Shown here in pieces: positions 9,215 to 18,052 of a stretch of 32,000 nt of DNA (the first letter of the stretch is position 1; every line of letters starts with the position of its first letter). Below the pieces are notes generated by a model, which had not been told where the DNA came from, made no database searches, and was given only the letters and a program-made list of their open reading frames with translations. A program made the position numbers and the translations under genes. The stretch comes from Candidatus Saccharimonadota bacterium (GTDB lineage Archaea; Nanohalarchaeota; Nanosalinia; Nanosalinales; Nanosalinaceae): NCBI RefSeq assembly GCF_029232205.1, contig NZ_CP107255.1, positions 150,001 to 182,000 on the forward strand. Reading direction: 5' to 3'.

Positions 9215-9498
9215 ACAAGAAGCTTATCGCAGCAGGATTGATTCTTGGACTGGTTGTGGGAGGCCTTGCCGCAGAGTATATTTCATCGGAGAAGACACAG
9301 AGCGCAGGATACTGTGATACGTTAGAAGCCAATATTGCTCAGAACAAGACTTTTGAAGGCACAGTTGACTGTTTCGATCCTGAAGAAGTAGAGACTGATC
9401 TACCGGACAGAGTGAATGATTCTGCTACGCTGAAATGTGTGTGCAGAAAGAGCTACAACGGCAGCGTCAGCTGGATGAATATTGCAGTAAGTAATTGA
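9211..9498 (+). CDS. Small membrane-anchored or secreted protein, 4 Cys
   Basis: The GTG start overlaps the upstream TGA (GTGA). Hydrophobic N-terminus KKLIAAGLILGLVVGGLAA, then an acidic 70-aa domain with four Cys. Confidence 0.45.
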   Translation: MNKKLIAAGLILGLVVGGLAAEYISSEKTQSAGYCDTLEANIAQNKTFEGTVDCFDPEEVETDLPDRVNDSATLKCVCRKSYNGSVSWMNIAVSN

Positions 9499-9501
9499 AG
9501 T

Positions 9502-10392
9502 TTAGAATCTGAATTGGCCTGAAATCCTTAGCTTGTTGCTTCTTCCCTCTTTCTCCTTCTGAACTATGCCTTGATCAACAAGTTCAGATACAACTCCGGA
9601 AACCTTGGCCTTTGAGTACTCTGACTCATCAACCACGTCCTTCTGAAGCATGCTTCCCTCATTTTCAATCAGTAGATCCACTACGTCTCTCTGATCTTCG
9701 GTAAGCTCGCCGTAAACCTCGCTGATGTCCTGGGAAGAAATCCTCTTCCATACTGCTAGTCCAAGGATTGAAAGTAGAATAATCAGTAGGCCTATTCCAA
9801 TATACCTGATCAAGCTGTCATCGCTAGATGAGTCGTTGTAGAAAACACTGAAAGAGATTGGCTCTCCTCCCAGCGCAGGATCTGTCTCCCATACAACAAA
9901 TATTCTCTGCCCATCGCTACCGGTTTCTCCGTAACTAGGTGAAAAAGCAGGCTGAGAAAGATTCTCATCGTTGACAATGACTGCGTTCTCAGGCAGAACA
10001 ACCTTCAGCCTGTAGTGATCTGTAGGAACACGGAAGACACGAGTAAACTGGAAAAAGTCCACGTTCTCCCTGCTTGAGGTAATACCTGAAGTCCGGAAAT
10101 CAAAGGATGCAGTAAAATTAGTAGACATATCGGTAGGACACTGAATCTCTGAACCAATCTGCAAATCCCTCACATCACATTCAACCTGCTCGCCATTAAT
10201 CCGTGACTCCAGATCATAAACAGGGTAAGAAACAACATAAGTCAGGCTTTCAGAAGTTAACTCATCAATATCAAGCCGAACATCAACCTCAGAATTGCTT
10301 AAATCAATAGTAACATCTTCCTGCGCAATAGCGGTGGCTGAAACAGTTGAAACAAATGCCACAAGCGCTAAAACAAATACAAACTTCTTCAT
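9502..10392 (-). CDS. Membrane-tethered winged-helix (MarR/ArsR-like) protein with an extracytoplasmic N-terminal domain
   Basis: Signal peptide MKKFVFVLALVAFVSTVSATAIAQ, an outside domain of about 180 aa, a TM (IGIGLLIILLSILGLAVW), then a cytoplasmic wHTH (LTEDQRDVVDLLIENEGSMLQKDVVDESEYSKAKVSGVVSELVDQGIVQKEKEGRSNKLRI). I prefer the ATG at 10392 over the TTG at 10401. Confidence 0.6.
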   Translation of the reverse strand: MKKFVFVLALVAFVSTVSATAIAQEDVTIDLSNSEVDVRLDIDELTSESLTYVVSYPVYDLESRINGEQVECDVRDLQIGSEIQCPTDMSTNFTASFDFRTSGITSSRENVDFFQFTRVFRVPTDHYRLKVVLPENAVIVNDENLSQPAFSPSYGETGSDGQRIFVVWETDPALGGEPISFSVFYNDSSSDDSLIRYIGIGLLIILLSILGLAVWKRISSQDISEVYGELTEDQRDVVDLLIENEGSMLQKDVVDESEYSKAKVSGVVSELVDQGIVQKEKEGRSNKLRISGQFRF

Positions 10393-10415
10393 GCCTTCCA
10401 ACCAAGGGATTGTTT

Positions 10416-10817
10416 TTATTCTTCACCAGATTTCGAAATCAGTACGCCTCCAGCCCCCATCTGCGCATAATTATGCATAGTATCGGCAACCTTCTGCAAG
10501 GCCTCCTGACTATCCTTCAAAGTCAAGTTAAAGTTCTCAGGACCTTCAATCTGTACATAAGTAGGCCCATAGTTAATCGTGATCTCAACTGCAGTATTGA
10601 AGTCATCAACCTCAACAACAGTCTCAACAACCCTGGAGAAACCTTCATCCAGATCAGGATGAGGATTATCAACCTTCTCAGTCTCATCCCAGTTAACCTC
10701 CTTAACCTCTACAGACTCATGTCCTTCAAGGCCTTCAATGTGGTCCTCAAGGGCTTCTTCAACTTTATCCTTATCGTTACTGACTGCCTCAAATACCATC
10801 CAGAGTTCGATTGCCAT
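10416..10817 (-). CDS. Hypothetical acidic cytoplasmic protein
   Basis: A 133-aa ORF with the same acidic composition as neighbouring genes. It lies 23 nt upstream of the wHTH gene on the same strand. No family recognised. Confidence 0.55.
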   Translation of the reverse strand: MAIELWMVFEAVSNDKDKVEEALEDHIEGLEGHESVEVKEVNWDETEKVDNPHPDLDEGFSRVVETVVEVDDFNTAVEITINYGPTYVQIEGPENFNLTLKDSQEALQKVADTMHNYAQMGAGGVLISKSGEE

Positions 10818-10871
10818 AAGTAAAATACCTCACCTTACCCTTAAAGCTATTACTTAAAACAATATAAAGAC

Positions 10872-11270
10872 ATGAAGGAAAAAATCCTCGAACACGGAAT
10901 AGACCAGACCTTCTTCATAATGGCCGCAATAGCACTCCTAACAGTAACAACATTTCTACTGACAAACGGCATACAGACCTCCGAGGCCCGCGGCACATGC
11001 TACACAGAAATCAAGACATGCAAAGGCCTCCCATTCAATGGTTCCTGCATAGGAAGTGTACAGATCGAGGAAAAATTCGACTCCGCCGAACAATGCAGCC
11101 AGCTGGAAAATGTAGAGGCCTCATGTAACTCTGTAAGAGAAAACCTTTGTGCAAGCTCGGAATACTCGGGTGATGAATGGAAGAAAGCTGTTGTCGAAGG
11201 ATTCAGTTGTTCGAGATGGGAGAAACAGTATAGCGGTGTAGATTTGAAAAGCTGCAGTTCCAATAACTAA
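10872..11270 (+). CDS. Small membrane-anchored Cys-rich (8 Cys) extracytoplasmic protein
   Basis: N-terminal TM (FFIMAAIALLTVTTFLLT) and eight Cys in about 90 aa. First gene of a co-directional five-gene run. Confidence 0.5.
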   Translation: MKEKILEHGIDQTFFIMAAIALLTVTTFLLTNGIQTSEARGTCYTEIKTCKGLPFNGSCIGSVQIEEKFDSAEQCSQLENVEASCNSVRENLCASSEYSGDEWKKAVVEGFSCSRWEKQYSGVDLKSCSSNN

Positions 11271-11281
11271 TACAGTAGAGT

Positions 11282-11710
11282 ATGAATTTTCAGGATCCGC
11301 GCAAGAAAATCAGAGAACTTGAGTACGAATACACTTTTGACAAGACAGAGCTAGGCAAGGTAATGGTTATTGCATCGCTGACACTTCTGATCGTGTCGGT
11401 GCACACACTTATGACTCTGCAACCAGCGATCGATGAGGCCAAGCAGACAGAGCAGAGACTCGACCAGCTGGACGCGGTAGTCTCCACGGACGCATTTAAC
11501 GACAGTCTTCAGGCCATAGATGATCTGCAGGGCACCAATATCGGCGACCAGATGCAGTACGCAGTCTCAACATTCAGAGGTATGCAGGTAACAACCAATG
11601 ACCAGCAAGCGATATACTCGGAACTAGAGCAAGCCAGCAAAACCTACCAATGGCTCGTATTAACGGGTATAATAGGCCTGGTAGCTGGCCTGGCGACAAT
11701 CTATGTATAG
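11282..11710 (+). CDS. Hypothetical two-TM hairpin membrane protein with a helical outside loop of about 80 aa
   Basis: TM1 is VMVIASLTLLIVSVHTLM and TM2 is WLVLTGIIGLVAGLATIYV at the extreme C-terminus. The stop overlaps the next start by 8 nt (ATGTATAG). Confidence 0.5.
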   Translation: MNFQDPRKKIRELEYEYTFDKTELGKVMVIASLTLLIVSVHTLMTLQPAIDEAKQTEQRLDQLDAVVSTDAFNDSLQAIDDLQGTNIGDQMQYAVSTFRGMQVTTNDQQAIYSELEQASKTYQWLVLTGIIGLVAGLATIYV

Positions 11711-13508
11711 AAAAATTTTTCTAGCCATCCTGGCAATCTTTCTAACAGCCAGCGCATCAGCAGCAAACGCAACAATAACTTTAGAAGCCCAGAACTCTCA
11801 GGGAAGCACAGTAGATGCAGAATACCTGGTAAAACAGGGAGGGACAACCGTGGCCTCTGCACAGAACCTTCTGGACACAAACCTGACAGAAAATGAAAAC
11901 TACACGGTAATACAGAACTTTCAGGGGTCAGGCCCGGATATCAATGCCACATGGCACGATCTCAACCTTACAGCAGACATCTCACCTCAGATGCAGGTCA
12001 TCAACTACGCTTCATCCGGTCCCTACATCGTAAATCACGAAAAAGTGTACGCGTTGGATGATACAGGATTAAACTATAATACTGTCGAAATAACGTATGG
12101 AAGGCCTTCCTCGCCTGAAAAAATCCTTTACTGTTCAAGCTACGACTTCGGATCCTCAAGCTGCAGCTCATGGCAAATACAGGATACCTCAACATATACT
12201 ACTTCTACGGGCTCTCAGACCTTCAGCTTCAATACCTCGACTTTCAGCGCTTACTCCGCAGGAAACACCTCTCCAAGACTCCAGCTCAACAATATAACAG
12301 TACACAATGTCACAGGCCTCTCACAGTCCAACAAGGAAACTGGTGGAGAACTGGTTGATTATGGTACAAACACTACTCTAAATCTGAAACAGGCCTCAGA
12401 GAATACATACAGATTTTCCTTTACAGTAGAGAATACAGGGAGCCAGAACTGGAGTATAGCACCTGAAGATATACTAAGACACTCGGGACTCAACAGTGCA
12501 TGGCCTGTAGGCCAGATCTGGTACAATCTTAACGGCCAGAAGACTGGAGGAACTGTTTTCACAGACTACCTGGAGTGGGATACCTCAAACAACGGTGTTC
12601 TAGAGACAGAAGGTTCTTCAAGCCAGATGGAGGCCAGTTACCTCGTAAACATAACAGATACTTCCACGAACACGTATCAGCAATCCTTCAACGCAACAGA
12701 TGATGATTCCTCGGCCTCAATATTTGATCAACATGATCTGAAGGTGGAAAAAGTCGGCGATCTTGATGTCGAGCTAATTACGCCACCCAATAATACTCTT
12801 CTCAGACAGAACGGAACCTTCTATATTGTAGCCAATGTAACCTGCGGCCCTGACAACTGTGGCAACGTTACAGCCACTCCTCGATACAATACTTCCACAG
12901 GCAAACAGATAATGCCAGAGAACTCAGGCCAGCCATTCCATCTAGATGAGGCCGCCCAGAAAGAATGCGAACTGTCATCGGGACAGGAATGCCAGCTTAA
13001 CTGGACAACAAATGCCACAGGAGAACAGGACTCCTACCATCTGATCGATGTCAACGCCTCCACACAGGAAGGCCTGACCTCGGCAGTCTCTAATGAAAGC
13101 CTGGTAGAAATTGACAGTATCATCCTCATGGATCTTGCTTTCAACGTTATAGATTTTGGTGTCCTTGATCCGGGCTGGCAGGACAGGCCTGCGGAAGGAA
13201 ACAGCAATGATCAGTACAATATAAGCATAGATGAAAACAGCAAACCTGTAGAAGGCCTCTGGGTGAAAGGAACAGATCTAACGTCTGAAGCAGATCCAAG
13301 CTACGAGATAGGAGTCTCAAACATCAGCTACAATCTCGAAAACAACGTCGACACCGCCAGCACCTTGCTGCATAACTACACGAAGATGGCCTCAAATATT
13401 GACCCAGGTACAATACTCACGTCATATTACTGGATTGATGTGCCGTATGGAATGACTCAGAGCGGCTATAATGGAACCATTACATTCAAAGCAAATGCAA
13501 CTGACTGA
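11703..13508 (+). CDS. Secreted surface glycoprotein candidate (signal peptide, no membrane anchor)
   Basis: Signal peptide MYRKIFLAILAIFLTASASA. By my count there are about 27 N-x-S/T sequons in 601 aa. Ser/Thr/Asn-rich, beta-strand-like composition. Confidence 0.65.
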   Translation: MYRKIFLAILAIFLTASASAANATITLEAQNSQGSTVDAEYLVKQGGTTVASAQNLLDTNLTENENYTVIQNFQGSGPDINATWHDLNLTADISPQMQVINYASSGPYIVNHEKVYALDDTGLNYNTVEITYGRPSSPEKILYCSSYDFGSSSCSSWQIQDTSTYTTSTGSQTFSFNTSTFSAYSAGNTSPRLQLNNITVHNVTGLSQSNKETGGELVDYGTNTTLNLKQASENTYRFSFTVENTGSQNWSIAPEDILRHSGLNSAWPVGQIWYNLNGQKTGGTVFTDYLEWDTSNNGVLETEGSSSQMEASYLVNITDTSTNTYQQSFNATDDDSSASIFDQHDLKVEKVGDLDVELITPPNNTLLRQNGTFYIVANVTCGPDNCGNVTATPRYNTSTGKQIMPENSGQPFHLDEAAQKECELSSGQECQLNWTTNATGEQDSYHLIDVNASTQEGLTSAVSNESLVEIDSIILMDLAFNVIDFGVLDPGWQDRPAEGNSNDQYNISIDENSKPVEGLWVKGTDLTSEADPSYEIGVSNISYNLENNVDTASTLLHNYTKMASNIDPGTILTSYYWIDVPYGMTQSGYNGTITFKANATD

Positions 13509-13511
13509 ACC

Positions 13512-14207
13512 ATGAAAAAGAAAGCTATCCTACTCCTGATCACAGCACTGTTTTTCATCTCAATGTCGTCCGCAGAGATAGCTATAACTGTCCCACAGCA
13601 GAACAAAGAAATAGAATCTCTCAAAACCAATTATCGTATCGGATTTATCAACAACGGCCCACAAAAGACAGTAAATCTAAGCTCAGATGCTCCAGAATAT
13701 CTAGATATTTCAATGCCTTCTACAGTAACTCTTCCTGAGTCCGGGCCTGAATCTACGCCTGAAGGAGATAACTGGTATCAGGTAGAGCCTGGAAAATACC
13801 TGAAAATTCATTACTACTCGATAGAGGTCTCAATAGATCCTCAGACAGATCAGAGAGATTTTAATTTTACTGTTTCGGCCGCTACTTCTCATCAATCAGG
13901 TGTGGCGAGGCCTGAGGTTGAAAATATCCGTCAACTTCTATTTACTTTAAGTACTACTTCGCCAGAGATAGATACTTCTTTTGACGGTGATTTATTTACT
14001 GAGAATGAAACTTCAGAGAATGAAGATCAGCAGTCGGATAGCGGTGTTGAGGAGAAGGAATTAAACTCTAGCAGTTCCTCTCAGAACCAGTCTGCTGAAA
14101 ATATTCAAGAAGAGGCAGAAGACTCTGGGTTTGACGGCCTCACTATTCTTCTGGCGGTAGGTATAACTGTTAGCGCAGCGTATGTTGTGCTGGAGGGATT
14201 CCTTTGA
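13512..14207 (+). CDS. Signal-peptide protein with one beta-sandwich-like domain, an acidic linker and a C-terminal TM anchor
   Basis: Signal peptide MKKKAILLLITALFFISMSSAEI, an acidic/Ser linker, and the terminal TM LTILLAVGITVSAAYVVLEGFL. It starts 3 nt after the upstream stop. Confidence 0.6.
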   Translation: MKKKAILLLITALFFISMSSAEIAITVPQQNKEIESLKTNYRIGFINNGPQKTVNLSSDAPEYLDISMPSTVTLPESGPESTPEGDNWYQVEPGKYLKIHYYSIEVSIDPQTDQRDFNFTVSAATSHQSGVARPEVENIRQLLFTLSTTSPEIDTSFDGDLFTENETSENEDQQSDSGVEEKELNSSSSSQNQSAENIQEEAEDSGFDGLTILLAVGITVSAAYVVLEGFL

Positions 14208-16462
14208 GAAAGAAGATAGTGTTCATCGGCCTGGTCTTGCTTTTCGCTGGAATATCGGCGGGAGAGGAGTTTACTGTAGCTAATTCTGGCAGCGGCGATA
14301 TTTCTGAAGGATCAAAGATTGTTGTCGAGTATAATGTTTCTGAGAGTTCGGATTACGAACTTTCGATCCAGGATTCTGATGATGACGTTGTTCTCTCCGG
14401 TGCACCAATGGTGCTGATCGATTCTTACAATGGTACGACAAATTCTACTACAGAGAGCACAAACGAAACCAGTACATCTACTAGCTCTGACGGTAATGAA
14501 ACTAATGCCACCACATCTTCTGATGACAGCTACTATGTCTATCAGTACAATTATACTATTCCTGATGACCCACAAGTAGGATTCTGGGAGGCCCAGGTAT
14601 TCGACGATTTCTCAGCTCAGAACTCTACAGAGTTCGCAGTAGAGCCCAAGAGGCTGAGAATTGTAGAGGCCCGTTCGAGGCCTGACTTCAAGAACTCGGA
14701 GGACGATGTCTCTTTCTACGCCGAGGTTACTAACGTGGATGAAGGCCTTGACTCGCTGGATGTTACTGTGGCCAATACTTCTATTGATTCTCGTTCTATG
14801 AATCTTCAGGAGTCAGGCCACTTTTACCAGACTTATACTTATGAGGCAGGCAGGTTTCCTGAGGGCACGTATAATTACGGTATAAATTTGAGAGGCGGCG
14901 ATGGGACAACGGATTCAAAATCCGATGAATTCTATGTTTACTCTTCCAATGTCGATGCTGATAGCGCTGATATCAGTGCCAGTATTTCAAGCCTCTGTGG
15001 GGTTGAAGTCCAGAGATTTAGAGCTCCGGGGGGAGGAGTTCTTTCTCTGAATGGTTCTGGCAGCTTTATGGTTGATTTCAATAATAATGGCAGTGCTAGA
15101 GCGAACTTATCCGCTGATCTAAATGTAACCTATCAGAATGAAACTCAGTGGCTTCCTGAGGATGGGAGAGAGGAGTTAGGGCCTTACATGAATCTTTCCT
15201 ATGATCCTATGAATGATAGTTTGCTGCCTGGAGAGTCCTCTGATACTTTTGTCAGGCAGTTCAATAAAACAGATGATCTTGGTTTCTACACAGGCCATCT
15301 AGATATGAATGCTACCTGCACGATTACTGACGGTGCTGCACAAAACCCGGTTGTTTATGGATACCAGGACTTTGATCTGTATGATTACACTAATTTCCGT
15401 GTTCTTGTTGCTGGTGGTGGCAGCGGTGGTAAAGGTAACCCTACAGGAGATCAGGCGGTTCCAAGAGATGCTAATCAGTCAGGTTCTGAATCAGATCAGA
15501 ACGTAGAGGGAGATAACGACAACCCTGGTCAGACGGAGGTAGAGGTTCCTGTACCAGAACCAGAACCTGTGCCGGAACCAGTGCCTGAGCCAGATCCAAC
15601 TGTTAACTTGAATGTTGAGGCCTGGAATGTGTCGGCTTCAACTGATAGAGGCCGTTTCGCCCGTATAAAGCTTAAAGTTGAGAATATTGGAGGTAGTCCG
15701 GCCTCTGATGTTGTGATACGTCCTGATACTGATCTTCTTCCAGGAGAATGGAGTGCAAGGCCTGCTAATATTGCGAATCTTTCTGTAAATGAAACTGTGA
15801 ATAGATCTGTGTTTATTCAGCCTTCTGAATCGGTTAATCCTGCTACTTACAGGCTGGTTATGAGAGCTAGGAACTCTGAGAGGCTTCTGGATATTGAGGA
15901 AACTCTTCTAACGGTTAATCAGGAGGTTTTCCGGTCTGAGATCAGGATAAGTGAGGCCCCACAGGTTGTCAGGATTGGAGCTAATCAGGGTAATCAGATT
16001 CCTCTTTTGATCCAGAATATTGGTGAAGGCCCTGTTAACAGCACTCAGGTACAGGTTCAGAATGTTGAGAGCTGTGGCTCTATAAGTGCGGAGGATGTAG
16101 GAGTCATCAATGTCAATGAAAGTAAGTCGCTTACTCTGAACGTCAATGCGTCTGACAACATTGAGGACTGTAATGCAACTGTTATTGTCTCGACAAACGA
16201 TGGTTCTTACTCTTTCTCCAACATGCAGATCCAGGTGGTGGCTGATCAGGGTATTGTGCCGCCAGAACTTAGATTTCCGGTCTTTGCGTCTGCATGGACA
16301 ATTCTGCTTGTAATCTACTCAATTGTAATGACAAGATACGAACTCAGCAGTTTGAGCGTCAGGATTCCATTTATACTTCTGATAGTTGGAGAAGCTGCAA
16401 TATTCATCTACATCTCGGCAGAGTACTACAGCCTGATACCGGCCTTCCTGCTACCATTCTAG
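14204..16462 (+). CDS. Large surface protein with two CARDB/NEW3-like domains and two C-terminal TM helices
   Basis: The TTG start overlaps the upstream TGA and yields a clean signal peptide (RKKIVFIGLVLLFAGISAG). Gly-rich and Pro-Glu linker. Two segments have the CARDB-like pattern (RIKLKVENIGGSPASDVVIRP and IPLLIQNIGEGPVNSTQVQVQN). The C-terminus has 2 TM helices. Confidence 0.65.
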   Translation: MRKKIVFIGLVLLFAGISAGEEFTVANSGSGDISEGSKIVVEYNVSESSDYELSIQDSDDDVVLSGAPMVLIDSYNGTTNSTTESTNETSTSTSSDGNETNATTSSDDSYYVYQYNYTIPDDPQVGFWEAQVFDDFSAQNSTEFAVEPKRLRIVEARSRPDFKNSEDDVSFYAEVTNVDEGLDSLDVTVANTSIDSRSMNLQESGHFYQTYTYEAGRFPEGTYNYGINLRGGDGTTDSKSDEFYVYSSNVDADSADISASISSLCGVEVQRFRAPGGGVLSLNGSGSFMVDFNNNGSARANLSADLNVTYQNETQWLPEDGREELGPYMNLSYDPMNDSLLPGESSDTFVRQFNKTDDLGFYTGHLDMNATCTITDGAAQNPVVYGYQDFDLYDYTNFRVLVAGGGSGGKGNPTGDQAVPRDANQSGSESDQNVEGDNDNPGQTEVEVPVPEPEPVPEPVPEPDPTVNLNVEAWNVSASTDRGRFARIKLKVENIGGSPASDVVIRPDTDLLPGEWSARPANIANLSVNETVNRSVFIQPSESVNPATYRLVMRARNSERLLDIEETLLTVNQEVFRSEIRISEAPQVVRIGANQGNQIPLLIQNIGEGPVNSTQVQVQNVESCGSISAEDVGVINVNESKSLTLNVNASDNIEDCNATVIVSTNDGSYSFSNMQIQVVADQGIVPPELRFPVFASAWTILLVIYSIVMTRYELSSLSVRIPFILLIVGEAAIFIYISAEYYSLIPAFLLPF
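15548..15598 (+). repeat. Pro-Glu/Pro-Val dipeptide repeat linker (PVPEPEPVPEPVPEPDP)
   Basis: Direct reading of codons: CCT GTA CCA GAA CCA GAA CCT GTG CCG GAA CCA GTG CCT GAG CCA GAT CCA. Confidence 0.7.
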
Positions 16463-18021
16463 AGGTCTTCAACCACGTGCTTACATAGAGCAATAACTTC
16501 ATCGGCTTCTACGTCGATCTTCTTGATATATTGCTCTCTGTTCATGGTCTCAAAGAAGTCTGCAAGTTGTTTCATATTGTCCGAGTCCTCAGGCAACTGT
16601 TCTGCCAGCTCCTGGTATGTAAGTTCGCGTTTTATACCTAGCTCGGTCTCGAGATATCCTTTCATCACGTGAGCTGTCTTTACCGCTACCTCTCTATCGC
16701 TTTCAAGCTTGGAGTATTTATCAAGAACCTCTTTCACATCAGAATCATTCATACTGCCGTCATCGTCACCTTGGCCTTTATCATCGCTGTTCAGACGCGC
16801 ACTAATCTTTTCACGGAAGTTCTGAATCTTCTCTCTAGGCCCTCCACCTTCGTCTTCTTCCTCTTCATCTTCGCTATCTCTTACAGCCCCCATCAACATC
16901 TGAAGATCTTCCTCGGCCTCTTCACGCATCTCCTCCTGGGACTTATCAGAATCATCTTCCTCCCCATCAGAACTTTCCCGGCCTTCGTCAACATCAATTT
17001 CCAGCTCTTCTGCAATCTTTCGCAGATCTTCTGTGCTGGACTGCTGAAGTTTCTCAGGATCAAGGCCTTCATCTTTCAGGCCTCCGATCAGGCCTTCTCT
17101 CTCCTTCTTATCGTCTCTGATTGACTTCAATTCGTCGATAGGGATATTTTCGAGTTCGTTATCTGGCACATCCATGTCAATGTCTTCAAGTATCTCTTTT
17201 TTCTTCTCAAACTCGGAAACTTCTTCATTTTCTCCCTTGCTATCTCCTTCCTCTTTTTCCTCTGTTTCTTCTTCACTTTCGGCCTCTTCACTCTCTTCTT
17301 CTGATTTATCTTCCTCTTTATCATTTTTGGAATCCTCTTTTTCTTCTTCGGAGGCCTCTTCATTGTTTTCTTTGTCGTCAGAGTCTTCCTCGTCTTCGCT
17401 ATCCTCTTCCTCGGTTTCTGGTTCTTGTTCGCCGTTCTCTGATTCTTCATCTATGTCGGAGTCCTTTTCTACTGTTTCCAGATCGGATTCCAGTTTTTCA
17501 ATGTCTTCGCTGGTTTTCTCTAGATCTTTCTCTACTTTTTTCTGTCTTATTTTCTTCTCAAGGAATTTTTTGGCAGTCTTTCGATCCTTGACTTTTTTCT
17601 CGGAGTTTAGAAGTGTCTGCATTACTTCTACGCTAGGATTGTTTTCTGTTACATATTTCTTGATGTCTGCAACTGTTCCACCAACTAGATCAAGGAGATC
17701 TTCCTGGCTGACGTCCTCTGCCTGGTCTCCATCAAATTCTGCGCTTTCAAGTTCCGTTACTTCGTTCATAAGGCCTTCAATATGTTCGAGTTCGTCCTCT
17801 GCCAGGCCCAATTTCTGCGATACCTTCTGTTTCTCCATCTGTCTGTCAATTATCTCGAGAACTTTCTCTCTGTTTTTTCCTGATTGTTCGGCCGATCTGA
17901 GAATTTCAAGGTCGTTGACAGGTACCTCTCTGCTTTCAATCTCTGATCTGAATTCTTCTACGCTGCTTGTTGTCAGTGATGAGATGTCGTTGATCTCGAG
18001 TTTTTCCAGTTCGTCGGCCAT
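16459..18021 (-). CDS. Hyper-acidic low-complexity protein, last gene of the MoxR operon
   Basis: Same strand as the VWA gene and 31 nt downstream of it. I prefer the ATG at 18021 (MADELEKLE) over the TTG at 18030. There are two 48-aa related segments near the N-terminus, a central Glu/Asp/Ser/Lys tract, and a C-terminal 80 aa resembling DUF4129-type domains seen in MoxR/DUF58 neighbourhoods (RELTYQELAEQLPEDSDNMKQLADFFETMNREQY). Confidence 0.6.
   Translation of the reverse strand: MADELEKLEINDISSLTTSSVEEFRSEIESREVPVNDLEILRSAEQSGKNREKVLEIIDRQMEKQKVSQKLGLAEDELEHIEGLMNEVTELESAEFDGDQAEDVSQEDLLDLVGGTVADIKKYVTENNPSVEVMQTLLNSEKKVKDRKTAKKFLEKKIRQKKVEKDLEKTSEDIEKLESDLETVEKDSDIDEESENGEQEPETEEEDSEDEEDSDDKENNEEASEEEKEDSKNDKEEDKSEEESEEAESEEETEEKEEGDSKGENEEVSEFEKKKEILEDIDMDVPDNELENIPIDELKSIRDDKKEREGLIGGLKDEGLDPEKLQQSSTEDLRKIAEELEIDVDEGRESSDGEEDDSDKSQEEMREEAEEDLQMLMGAVRDSEDEEEEDEGGGPREKIQNFREKISARLNSDDKGQGDDDGSMNDSDVKEVLDKYSKLESDREVAVKTAHVMKGYLETELGIKRELTYQELAEQLPEDSDNMKQLADFFETMNREQYIKKIDVEADEVIALCKHVVEDL
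17221..17463 (-). repeat. Low-complexity GAA/GAG/GAT-rich tract encoding an E/D/S/K run of about 80 aa
   Basis: The plus strand reads as TTC/CTC/TCT-rich repeats. It translates on the minus strand to DIDEESENGEQEPETEEEDSEDEEDSDDKENNEEASEEEKEDSKNDKEEDKSEEESEEAESEEETEEKEEG. Confidence 0.7.
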
Positions 18022-18052
18022 AGTATTCAACTAGTTTTTCTGAATTTAGTTG

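Noticed and set aside
10347-10823. 158-aa plus-strand ORF
   Set aside because: It lies antisense to the acidic 133-aa ORF. Its product is basic and hydrophobic and does not match the proteome style. It also overlaps the start region of the wHTH gene.
17174-18034. 286-aa Ser-rich ORF on the plus strand
   Set aside because: It is the antisense reading of the GAA/GAG/GAT-rich acidic gene (TTC/CTC/TCT read as Ser, Phe and Leu). Its composition is unlike every other protein in the window. The minus-strand product fits the operon context.
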